Of a DNA stretch of 64,000 bases, positions 1-8,670 are shown one piece after another. The notes beneath the pieces are model-generated. The model saw only the letters and a program-made list of their open reading frames with translations. It was not told where the DNA came from and made no database searches. Positions within the stretch are counted from its first letter, which is position 1. Every line of letters starts with the position of its first letter. The stretch spans positions 64,001 through 128,000 of the forward strand of contig CBDCTJ010000007.1 of NCBI GenBank assembly GCA_965222115.1, written 5' to 3'. A program made the position numbers and the translations under genes. This DNA comes from Planctomycetota bacterium (lineage in GTDB: Bacteria; Planctomycetota; PLA2; JAEUHO01).

Positions 1-290
1 CACACACAAGACGACCGATCGCGCGCTCACATAGGAGACTCCAGTTAGGGGAATCAATGTACAACCCGCGTGGTGCACATCGGCCAGCGTCTCGTATCGA
101 TTCTTTGAGTATCGACGTCATGCCCGACACACGATTCGCGAGCGACAGCTGGCGATTTCGCTTGGGAGGGATGGTATCGGTACGATTCTTCGAGCATTGG
201 CGGTAGATGAGTAAGCCACTCACCGGCCTCCAAGTTTGTAGCCCCTTGACTGCGAATGAACCTTGACCGCACGATCACGTTCTACCCCCC

Positions 291-638
291 ATGCGTAGCC
301 TGGTTCTGATTGTCGGCGTCGTTGGGATGGCATTCGGCTCGATGTCGGTCTTTGCCACCTCAGGGACGATTGCGTCCCAGGGAATCGGTGCACTCACGCC
401 CCCGCTTTCCTACGTCATTGGCCCCGCCGACGCGCCAACAGGCGGCGAGATCGTCATAGGGTTGTTGATACCCGAGAGCGACGGCAGATACGTAAAGGAC
501 GTTCTGGGGCCGGCGCGCTACGAGGCGTATCTGAAACGGGAAGCCGAGATCGCCAGAAGTCCGGCCAAGGACGACCTCGGGGATGCCACGTTTGAGATCA
601 TCGAAGAAGATGTCGCATATCACCATCGACACGAATGA
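291..638 (+). CDS. Hypothetical exported protein; possibly the N-terminal part of the downstream alpha-2-macroglobulin (same frame, one TGA between them)
   Basis: N-terminus MRSLVLIVGVVGMAFGSMSVFA looks like a Sec signal peptide. Same reading frame as 726..5666, and codons 639-725 contain no stop. Confidence 0.5.
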   Translation: MRSLVLIVGVVGMAFGSMSVFATSGTIASQGIGALTPPLSYVIGPADAPTGGEIVIGLLIPESDGRYVKDVLGPARYEAYLKREAEIARSPAKDDLGDATFEIIEEDVAYHHRHE

Positions 639-725
639 ACTGATCGTTGGCACGCGAGTTCGCGTCAGAGACTTATCGACAGAGTTTTTGCGATTTGCCG
701 TATTCGAGTTCGATTTGTAGAACTC

Positions 726-3700
726 ATGGCCTCAGAGTGTTCGTCCGTGCCGTTGCTTCTGCTACCCGACCGCAAGCTCCTCCTCCACGAACGAGTCAAT
801 CTCGACGCCTATGTGGCTGGTGGCGGTCGTGTTGTGAGCACCCCATGGTCTCAACACGCAATTGGATCCACCGCGAATGGTCTCACGATGCAAGACGTGG
901 TCCCAACGACCTCCTCTGCCCACGCCATTGCGCGCATGGTTGCCGAGTCGATACAAAAATCGCAACACATCATTCACATCGATTCCGATCCCACGGAGTT
1001 GATCCGTGCAAACCGTCATGGAGACGAGATAAGCGTACAACTCGCCGAGGCTCCCAATCAGGCTTTCTTAACGCGCGCCGACGGCTCACGACTCGATTTA
1101 GGGATAAAGCCTGCCCGCACGCTTCGCTTTGTAAGTCCAACGGGAAACAAGCATCCGCTTCACGTATCGCTTTGTGTCGATGCGAATCGTAACGGGGTGA
1201 TGTTTCGTCGATCCTGGACACTAGAGCAACTCGTCGGCATCACCGACGCGAGGTTCCTAGCCTCTTCGGAGGCGTACGCCGGCGGAACGTTTGCGGTTCG
1301 CGCAATCTACACCAATTCAAAGTCTAGAGCCCCCGTAGCCGGTCATAAGGAGGTGATCAAGCTGGTGCAAGCGAATCGCGTGCTTGCACAGACTGTGAGT
1401 CCATCCAACGATGCGGGCATCGTCAATGCTCGGCTATGGGTTCCTCATGACGCCAACGCGGGATCCGCCACGCTGCATGTGGGCACTGACACGCGTCCCG
1501 TCACGGTGAAACGAAGCGTTCGTGTATCCCTAGTAACCGATCGCACGCTCTATAAAGAAACCGACCGTGTGCACGCACGCGTCATGGTCCATGAAGTTCC
1601 CAGTGGACGCCCAGCGAGAGGGCGAACCGTCACGCTACGGTGTGGAAGAATCAAGAAAGACGTTGTCACTTCAAATTTTGGCATTGCATCAGCCTCCTTT
1701 GAGCTCATCAATGAATCAGTGGGAACCTCCAAAATCTCGGCCGCCGTCGATGGGGCGTTTGCGACTTCGAGTTTTCGAGTGACCGCGTATGAAACTCCCA
1801 CGTTTCGAGTCAACGTCACACCCGAGACGCTGCACCTCGACAAAGGACAAAGCGGGACAGTCGAGGTCACGGTCACGACCTTGAGTGGCAAGCCACTCGC
1901 AGGAGCTCAGGTTCACTTTGAACCCTGGTGGGGAATGCGCACCGAGAATCAGAACATGAAGACAGATCGTGAGGGCCAGACATCAACAACGGTACGTAGA
2001 GAGGGTCGGCTCCGGGACCGAGGTGTATGGGTCCATGTCACCGACGCCGATGGTCGAACGCTAACTCGCGAAGTACATGTCAGACGTGCCACCACCGCGG
2101 CGCCCATTCGCGTCCGCGCGCTCTCCGAGCTGGTAGCCGGACAACCTGGCACTTTCAGCGTGCATGCGAAGGGAAGGCGCGAAATCATACTCACGATCGA
2201 CTTCAAGAAACGGCTCCGAGTGGCACTCGATGGCGACGGGAACGGTCTGTTTGAGGCGACACCCAAATCGAACGTTGTTTTCATTGGTGGAGCGGGCTTT
2301 CGTCCTCGCTCGTTTCCTGTACACGTTGCAGACGCTGAGCGTCCAGGACCCACGTTGATGCTTGATCGACGTATCGCCAACGTGGGTGACCTACTCACCG
2401 GCAAGATCGTTGGACCCGATGGCACCGTGCTGCTCGACGTGCTTCGCGATGACGTGATCATTCGTACGCTTGCCGCGCATATCAAAGACGGACAAGCCAA
2501 GCTTTCCGTTCCCCTCGAACCTGATCTCGCGGGCCATCTCACGATTCGCGCAGCATCAACGCCCCAAAAGCGAACTCGTGGATCCCTAGTGCGCGTTTTG
2601 GTTGGCCGCGGACGAACGCTTTCCGTAGAAGCAAAGTCGCGTGCCGAGTCGTACCGGCCCGGCGAGACGGCCAGGCTCGATGTAAACGTTCGCGACCCGA
2701 GAGGCAGACCCGCACCAGGTGTACTCGGCTACTGGGCCATCGATCAAGCCGTGCTCGACCTGTCTTCGTGGAGTGATGGCAATGAATCCCGTTTTGACCT
2801 CGCTAGAGACAACGAGCAAAAGACGTTACTCAAACTGAAGGACAGTAACGATTACCGTTCGGCCGTCGTGCGCGTGCTGGGCGGTATCCAGAACCTGGAT
2901 AAGTACAACAAGGGAACGTACTCAGTCGGTCGCGTTCGCACACAACGTATCGAGGCAAGGAAGAGGAGCGTCAAGGCTGCTAGAGCATGGATGAAAGCGC
3001 TCAGAACTCGGGGGGCCGAGGCACTGGCTTCGGTGCCTCTGTCGCGATTGCGAGCAACCTATTCGTTGCGGGAAACCGTGCGTTGGCTAATTCGGCGTAG
3101 AGCGTTGGACGCAACGGCATTGATCGATCCGTGGGGCACACCGCTCTTAGTTCGAAACGCTTGGAAGAATGTTAAGATATACGACGAGCAAGGCGGCGAT
3201 CGTCCACGACAATGGTACAGCTACACATTTGAGCGCGCGTTCCCCTGCCAATCGGCCGGGCCCGATCGTCAGATGAACACGATGGATGACATACACCTCG
3301 CGTGGCATGTGTATCAACCGTGGGGCACGTGCAGCAAGGCTTTACCGGGCTCATTTTGGCGACTCATGGCGGACACCAAGCGAGCGCTCACCGAAGACCG
3401 GAAAACAGAGATTGACTCAGGTGCCATCGAGCGTGCTGGCGGGACGAATATCGGATCGTTAATGAATGGCACGATCGGTATTGGTGGCGGCTCGGGCGGC
3501 GCCTTTAAGGGCCGAGGGGGAGGTCGTGACCTGGGTACGGGTGGTGGTGGTCGCCGCAAATATGAAGAACCTGTGAAACACGTTCGTAGCAACTTCCTAC
3601 CCACGCTCTGCTTCGTGCCTGAAGCCATCGTGGGGCCCGACGGGAAGGCAGAACTCAAGATCGACCTTGCGGACAACATCACGACATGGAAGACGCGCCT

Positions 3701-5666
3701 CGTAGCATCCACAGTCGAGGGCGCGACGGGCGTTGGCTATGCCGACATCGTTGTGGAGCAACCGCTACACGCAACGCCTTGGGTCTCACCTCGTCTCACC
3801 GATGGGGACGAGTTGGAATTGCCCGTTGCCGTACGCAATGGGACCGATCAACCCATGAACGTGTCACTCCACATCGAGACGAGCGAGCCACTCGATGTCG
3901 AAGGCGATTCGCGTGCTCGAGTAAACGTCCCCGCGCGAGGGACTGGCGCTCACCGCTTCCGCATTCGTGCAAGCGGTCATGGGAAGTCCACGATCAAGAT
4001 CCGCGCACAATCGAAAGACAAAATCGACATCGCAAAGCACACCGTCACAGTTCGGCGCGATGCAAGAGAAGTAATTGCTTCCGAATCGACGCTGCTGCAT
4101 GCCGGAACTTCGTGGAAGCCTTCAATCGCGTTGTCGGGCACGGAGCCCGTTGAAATCACACTCTACCCAAGTGCCATGGCAGACGTCGTTGGTGGATTTG
4201 AGGGACTCATTCGAAAGCCAAGCGGTTGCTTCGAGCAAACGTCATCCACGCTTTATCCCATGGTGCTTGCGCTTGACTATCTGCGACGCTCCGGCCAAGC
4301 CCATGCAGGGCTTGAAGATCGCGCCCGAAAGCACGTAGCGAGTGGCTATCAACGCTTGCTTGGTTTCGAGGTACGTCGGTCACCTGGCGGGTTCTCTCTC
4401 TTCGGCCACAGTCCAGCAAGCACGTTTCTCACCGCCTATGGATTGATGGAATTTACCGACATGGCGCGCGTACACGAGATCGACGCCGATTTGCGGCCGC
4501 GCATGATCAAGTTCTTGCGGGGTCGGCAAGACAAGGACGGCTCATGGGGTCATCCGGCACGCCCCGCACATCAAGAACTCCGTTCGCACGGAAAGCATCC
4601 AAGGTTCAACAGTACGGCGTACACCGCATGGGCGATTGCCAAGGCCGGCGAATCTACGGACCGAGCACTTGAATGGATCCAAGACCGCGTAGACGAGATC
4701 ACGTCACCCTACTCCCTCAGCCTCGCTGCGCTGGCGTTTTTAGAGCGTAACCCAGCGTCGTCAACCGGTGCTACGCTCGTTTCGCGGCTCGCTGCCATGG
4801 CAAGGGCAAAGAAAGAATCAGTCACGTGGGAATCTGAATCCCCCACCGGACTTGGTGCTCGAGGTCGAGTGGCCCGTATTGAAACGTCGGCCCTCGCAGT
4901 GCAAGCCATTTTGAAAGAACAACATCACGTTGACACCGCAAACCCTGACATCGCAAACCGTGGCCTCGCCGGGCTGATTCAAGCGCGCGGTGCCGACGGA
5001 CGATTCGGAACGACACAGAGTACGATTCTCGCGCTGCAAGCATTACTTGCCGCTGATGTATCCTTCAACAAAGGAGGTTCGTGCGCCCTGAGCATTAGGA
5101 GCGGCGAACGAGAAGTCGCTAGACAGACCATGACGCCGGACACATCAGACATCATACGCATGAGTTTCAAAGCGAGTCCGGGCGAAGACGTAAGCGCAAC
5201 AACGAAGGGCACACGATCCATTCGCATGAGCGCGTCACAGAAGTCATGGGTATCGTGGAGCGAGGCTACGAGAAAGAGCGGACGTGTTTCACTCAACATC
5301 AAGTACCCCTCTCATGTGTTGGAAGTGGCCCGCCCCGCTTCTGCCCAAGTGACGATTTCGAATGTGAGCAAGAAAACAGCTTCACTCGTGACCGCCGAGA
5401 TTGGCATTCCGCCAGGGTGTGACATCGAAACTCGGAGGATTCGAGCCAGCAACCCCAACGCTCAGTTCCTAAAACGCATCGAACGAACTGAGGACGCCAT
5501 CGTGCTGTACTTGCTCAACTTAAGACCGGATCAAATACGCCAAATCAAGATCCCCTTCGTTCCGCGCCATCGACTCAACGTCAGGACCACTCCCTCCACG
5601 GCCTACGAGTACTACGTCCCTCACGAGGCCGTGATCGTGCCGCCTCAGCGCGTGCGAGCGGAGTAG
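726..5666 (+). CDS. Alpha-2-macroglobulin family thioester protein
   Basis: 1646 aa. MG2-type motif TDRTLYKETDRVHARV; RSNFLPTLCFVPEAIVGPDGKA..LADNITTW after the bait region; thioester motif PSGCFEQTSS (4224-4238); TED-like helices with FLTAYGL and FGTTQSTILALQAL; C-terminal AYEYY. Start uncertain. Confidence 0.9.
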   Translation: MASECSSVPLLLLPDRKLLLHERVNLDAYVAGGGRVVSTPWSQHAIGSTANGLTMQDVVPTTSSAHAIARMVAESIQKSQHIIHIDSDPTELIRANRHGDEISVQLAEAPNQAFLTRADGSRLDLGIKPARTLRFVSPTGNKHPLHVSLCVDANRNGVMFRRSWTLEQLVGITDARFLASSEAYAGGTFAVRAIYTNSKSRAPVAGHKEVIKLVQANRVLAQTVSPSNDAGIVNARLWVPHDANAGSATLHVGTDTRPVTVKRSVRVSLVTDRTLYKETDRVHARVMVHEVPSGRPARGRTVTLRCGRIKKDVVTSNFGIASASFELINESVGTSKISAAVDGAFATSSFRVTAYETPTFRVNVTPETLHLDKGQSGTVEVTVTTLSGKPLAGAQVHFEPWWGMRTENQNMKTDREGQTSTTVRREGRLRDRGVWVHVTDADGRTLTREVHVRRATTAAPIRVRALSELVAGQPGTFSVHAKGRREIILTIDFKKRLRVALDGDGNGLFEATPKSNVVFIGGAGFRPRSFPVHVADAERPGPTLMLDRRIANVGDLLTGKIVGPDGTVLLDVLRDDVIIRTLAAHIKDGQAKLSVPLEPDLAGHLTIRAASTPQKRTRGSLVRVLVGRGRTLSVEAKSRAESYRPGETARLDVNVRDPRGRPAPGVLGYWAIDQAVLDLSSWSDGNESRFDLARDNEQKTLLKLKDSNDYRSAVVRVLGGIQNLDKYNKGTYSVGRVRTQRIEARKRSVKAARAWMKALRTRGAEALASVPLSRLRATYSLRETVRWLIRRRALDATALIDPWGTPLLVRNAWKNVKIYDEQGGDRPRQWYSYTFERAFPCQSAGPDRQMNTMDDIHLAWHVYQPWGTCSKALPGSFWRLMADTKRALTEDRKTEIDSGAIERAGGTNIGSLMNGTIGIGGGSGGAFKGRGGGRDLGTGGGGRRKYEEPVKHVRSNFLPTLCFVPEAIVGPDGKAELKIDLADNITTWKTRLVASTVEGATGVGYADIVVEQPLHATPWVSPRLTDGDELELPVAVRNGTDQPMNVSLHIETSEPLDVEGDSRARVNVPARGTGAHRFRIRASGHGKSTIKIRAQSKDKIDIAKHTVTVRRDAREVIASESTLLHAGTSWKPSIALSGTEPVEITLYPSAMADVVGGFEGLIRKPSGCFEQTSSTLYPMVLALDYLRRSGQAHAGLEDRARKHVASGYQRLLGFEVRRSPGGFSLFGHSPASTFLTAYGLMEFTDMARVHEIDADLRPRMIKFLRGRQDKDGSWGHPARPAHQELRSHGKHPRFNSTAYTAWAIAKAGESTDRALEWIQDRVDEITSPYSLSLAALAFLERNPASSTGATLVSRLAAMARAKKESVTWESESPTGLGARGRVARIETSALAVQAILKEQHHVDTANPDIANRGLAGLIQARGADGRFGTTQSTILALQALLAADVSFNKGGSCALSIRSGEREVARQTMTPDTSDIIRMSFKASPGEDVSATTKGTRSIRMSASQKSWVSWSEATRKSGRVSLNIKYPSHVLEVARPASAQVTISNVSKKTASLVTAEIGIPPGCDIETRRIRASNPNAQFLKRIERTEDAIVLYLLNLRPDQIRQIKIPFVPRHRLNVRTTPSTAYEYYVPHEAVIVPPQRVRAE

Positions 5667-5863
5667 ATGCAGAGTCGGCGCGTCGTGCGCACACCGCCTA
5701 CGCTTGAGGGGTTGGAACGCTCAGATGGCGGATGAGATTCCCTATCCCTGATGGACACACGTTACTCCGCAATCGAGAACAAGGGACACTGAGCCCTGAA
5801 AGATGATTGGCCAAGATCTAATTCGCTCTCTCGCGCCCGATTGGAGTTACCCAAAGAAGCCCC

Positions 5864-6100
5864 GTGCCGAAAGATGTGGATTTCGCCCTGACTCGGTATC
5901 TACCGACAATCAGATTTCGAAAGAGAGCCCTAACGGTTGAAGAAGAATTCTCCCAAGAATGGCGAGTCAATTACTATGGTTCAAAAATGACAATTCGAGA
6001 GTTTATACGAGATCACGTTGAAGTGCCTCCGCCGGTTGAGCTTCCAAGAGATGTTGTCGAGGCCCTCCGGTCTCTTCGCAAAGTCGGATCGAGTCGCTAG
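5864..6100 (+). CDS. Short hypothetical protein or remnant
   Basis: 78-aa GTG-start ORF in a lower-GC gap, with no recognisable motif. Confidence 0.2.
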   Translation: MPKDVDFALTRYLPTIRFRKRALTVEEEFSQEWRVNYYGSKMTIREFIRDHVEVPPPVELPRDVVEALRSLRKVGSSR

Positions 6101-6325
6101 CGTTCACAGCTCAAGCAAGGCGCTACGAGTGGCAAACTGCGCACGGAGTACGCTCGGTTTCGGAGGATCGTTGACAGGGCTGACGTGCTCTTGAAAACTG
6201 ATTCGTACGAATTCGAGCGCTTCAATGCACGTACCGCTCTGCCAATACACCTACGAAATGCACCTGGATGACTTTAACGCTCTCAAACGCAAAGGACGTT
6301 TTGGTGGACATCCCCCACTGGTGCT

Positions 6326-6826
6326 TCACATCAAAATCTTAGCCATCGCCAGTTCATCGACAAATGCGCCTGCAACCCGGAGTCGATCGCGGAGCACGCC
6401 TTCGACGTCGAATCCGCACTTGCGGTAGAGTCCGATGGCGGCCTCGTTATGGGCCATAACCGTCAACTGAAGACGATGAATCGCATGTTCACGTGCCCAC
6501 GCCTCTGCCGTGTGCATGAGGCGCGTGCCGTGGCCTTGGCGACAGTAGGCGGCACGAAGACCCATCACAATGGAGGCCGTTTGCCGGTTGCGCTTGTACG
6601 GCCCGCCCATGCAGACGATGTAACCGGCCAATGCTTCCTCTGAGGCCAAAACGAACATGACTTGATTGTCCGCGCTTTGCCAACCGGCGATTCGATCACG
6701 CGTCTGCTCAACAGAAGTCGTTCGTTCGCCCGGCTCCAACATCATAAATGCGGATTCGACGTCGAGGCACAGATTGAGTTCGTGCAGCGCCGCGGCGTCG
6801 TCAATGTGAATTTCACGAATGTTCAT
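6326..6826 (-). CDS. GNAT family N-acetyltransferase
   Basis: Acetyl-CoA motif YCRQGHGTRLM, plus HRLQLTVMAHNEAAIGLYRKCGF and DELAMAK. Start set at MNIREI. Confidence 0.9.
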   Translation of the reverse strand: MNIREIHIDDAAALHELNLCLDVESAFMMLEPGERTTSVEQTRDRIAGWQSADNQVMFVLASEEALAGYIVCMGGPYKRNRQTASIVMGLRAAYCRQGHGTRLMHTAEAWAREHAIHRLQLTVMAHNEAAIGLYRKCGFDVEGVLRDRLRVAGAFVDELAMAKILM

Positions 6827-6855
6827 GGCATCACATACTCTCAAATTTCAATTGC

Positions 6856-7680
6856 CTACATCACATTCAACCCGCGCAACATCTCAAGCCAGGCCTGCAA
6901 CGCGAGTCCGCCCGCTTGCCTCGCACCGAGCACATGGCCGGCATCGAGAACGCGAACGCGAGGGCGCTCATTCGGATCCACGATCTTGATTTCGGCGGCC
7001 ACGCCGCGTGTTTCGTCCATGCCTTCTAGCGTGGTGGCGAGCGTGGCAGACATGGCCGGGTCGTCGGCGCGATCGGGATGCTCGTAGCGCTCGACAAAGG
7101 CGAGGTAGTCGTCTTTGCTAACCTCGGCCCACACACCAATGGCCACATGATCGTCATGGTCGTGGAGTGGAATCTCGACGAGACCATGAACATAGAAGTG
7201 CGTATCGTCCATGCTGCAAAAGTCGCTTGAGATCTCGCAGCGCGATTCGCGTTCTTCGTCGGACAGCTCGAACATGGCGTCGGGCAACTGATACCCCACG
7301 TCAAGCGGCGAACCGCCATGCGCTTCGCCGCGCTCGCCACGTTCTAACTCGTCATCGGGCTCGACGACGGTTTCGCTTCGCGTCCACGGTTCACCAGGCG
7401 CATCGCGCCACGCATTCCAGCCCAAAGGAAGATCGGCCAGCTCCGCGATGGAGGCATCGTGCTTCCACATGGATTCAAGTGAAACAACTAGCGCGTCTTC
7501 AATGGTGGACGCTTCGGCCCCATGAAACTGCCACCCGCCATCGTCCGCGTCGTGCGTGACAAAGTGAATCGGTGACCTTTCCTCGATAACGGCCTTTACG
7601 GTGAAGCACGCGAGGTTCGGCGGATCCTCAAACGGCCATCCTTCGGGTGGCGGATTAGGAGCGGATTCTTGTTCAGTCAC
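6856..7680 (-). CDS. Two-domain fusion protein (DUF2185-like N-terminus plus DUF2199-like C-terminus)
   Basis: N-domain WPFEDPPN..VTHDADDGGWQF..LADLPLGWNAWR. C-domain SDFCSMDDTHFYVHGLVEIP..GVWAEVS..ERPRV..H.L..Q..G. GTG start with AGGAGG RBS. Family names from memory. Confidence 0.65.
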   Translation of the reverse strand: MTEQESAPNPPPEGWPFEDPPNLACFTVKAVIEERSPIHFVTHDADDGGWQFHGAEASTIEDALVVSLESMWKHDASIAELADLPLGWNAWRDAPGEPWTRSETVVEPDDELERGERGEAHGGSPLDVGYQLPDAMFELSDEERESRCEISSDFCSMDDTHFYVHGLVEIPLHDHDDHVAIGVWAEVSKDDYLAFVERYEHPDRADDPAMSATLATTLEGMDETRGVAAEIKIVDPNERPRVRVLDAGHVLGARQAGGLALQAWLEMLRGLNVM

Positions 7681-7758
7681 AACATGTCCTCCTATGTGAT
7701 GATACACGACACGTGAACAGCGGATTCGACATGTAGCTTGATCGCAAACCCGTGCTTG

Positions 7759-8532
7759 TCAAACCCCCTCGACAACTGCAATGACCGGTGCGTGATCCGA
7801 CGGTTTCTTGCCCTTGCGTTCCGGTCGATCGATCTCACATGACGTGCAACGATCCGAGATGGCCTCGGTACCGAACATGAGGTCGATGCGGAGCCCCTTG
7901 TTCTTGGGGAAACCGAGCTGGCGATAGTCCCACCACGAGTACTTTCCGGCCTCTTCGGTATGCAATCGATAGAGATCGGAGAGACCCCATTCGGTGATAG
8001 CGGTCAGCGCCTCATGTTCTTTGGGATGAAAGTGAACCTGATCACGAAACGCATCGACGTCGTATACATCGCGTTCATCGGGCGCAATGTTGAAGTCGCC
8101 CATGAGCACCAAAGGCTCGCTCGCGGTCGCGGAGTCGTTTAGGTAGTCGCGCAGCTTCGAAAGCCAATCAAGTTTGTAGACAAACTTATCGCTTTCTACA
8201 CTCGAACCATTGGGCACGTACACGCCGATCACGCGCACGCCACCCACAGTGGCGGCGATCAATCGCTTTTGATCATCGGGACCGTCGCTGGGAAATCCTC
8301 GCTGAACATCGTCCATGGGCAGCTTGCTCAGGAGCGCTACGCCGTTGTAGGTCTTCTGCCCAAATGTCTCAAGGTGATAGCCTCTCGACTCAAAGGGCTC
8401 CCGCGGGAAGTCGTCGTCCACGACTTTGGTCTCTTGCAAGCAAATGACATCGGGGTCATGGCGCTCGAGCCACGCCACGGCGCGCTCCAGGCGGACACGA
8501 ATGGAGTTGACGTTCCATGTGGCAATCTTCAT
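7759..8532 (-). CDS. xth: Exodeoxyribonuclease III (AP endonuclease)
   Basis: MKIATWNVNSIR, CLQETK, YNGVALLS, YVPNG, GDFNIAP, YSWWDYR, GLRID, SDHAPV. Confidence 0.95.
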   Translation of the reverse strand: MKIATWNVNSIRVRLERAVAWLERHDPDVICLQETKVVDDDFPREPFESRGYHLETFGQKTYNGVALLSKLPMDDVQRGFPSDGPDDQKRLIAATVGGVRVIGVYVPNGSSVESDKFVYKLDWLSKLRDYLNDSATASEPLVLMGDFNIAPDERDVYDVDAFRDQVHFHPKEHEALTAITEWGLSDLYRLHTEEAGKYSWWDYRQLGFPKNKGLRIDLMFGTEAISDRCTSCEIDRPERKGKKPSDHAPVIAVVEGV

Positions 8533-8670
8533 GAGGGCTCCGACAGAGAGAATCACTGCGCGTTCGACAAAAGCGACTTCGTGCGCAGGTTTCTGTATGA
8601 ACAATACGAAGATTGGCGCCGGAAGGGCTACCATCTCGGCGACCGACGCGGCCTCACCCTCCGGAGAATC

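Noticed and set aside
1-290. 74-aa minus-strand ORF and a possible gene start running off the left edge
   Set aside because: No motif and too little sequence to support a call.
647-663. TGGCACGCGAGTTCGC as a sigma54 promoter for the A2M
   Set aside because: The -12 GC is displaced by one base, and sigma54 spacing is strict.
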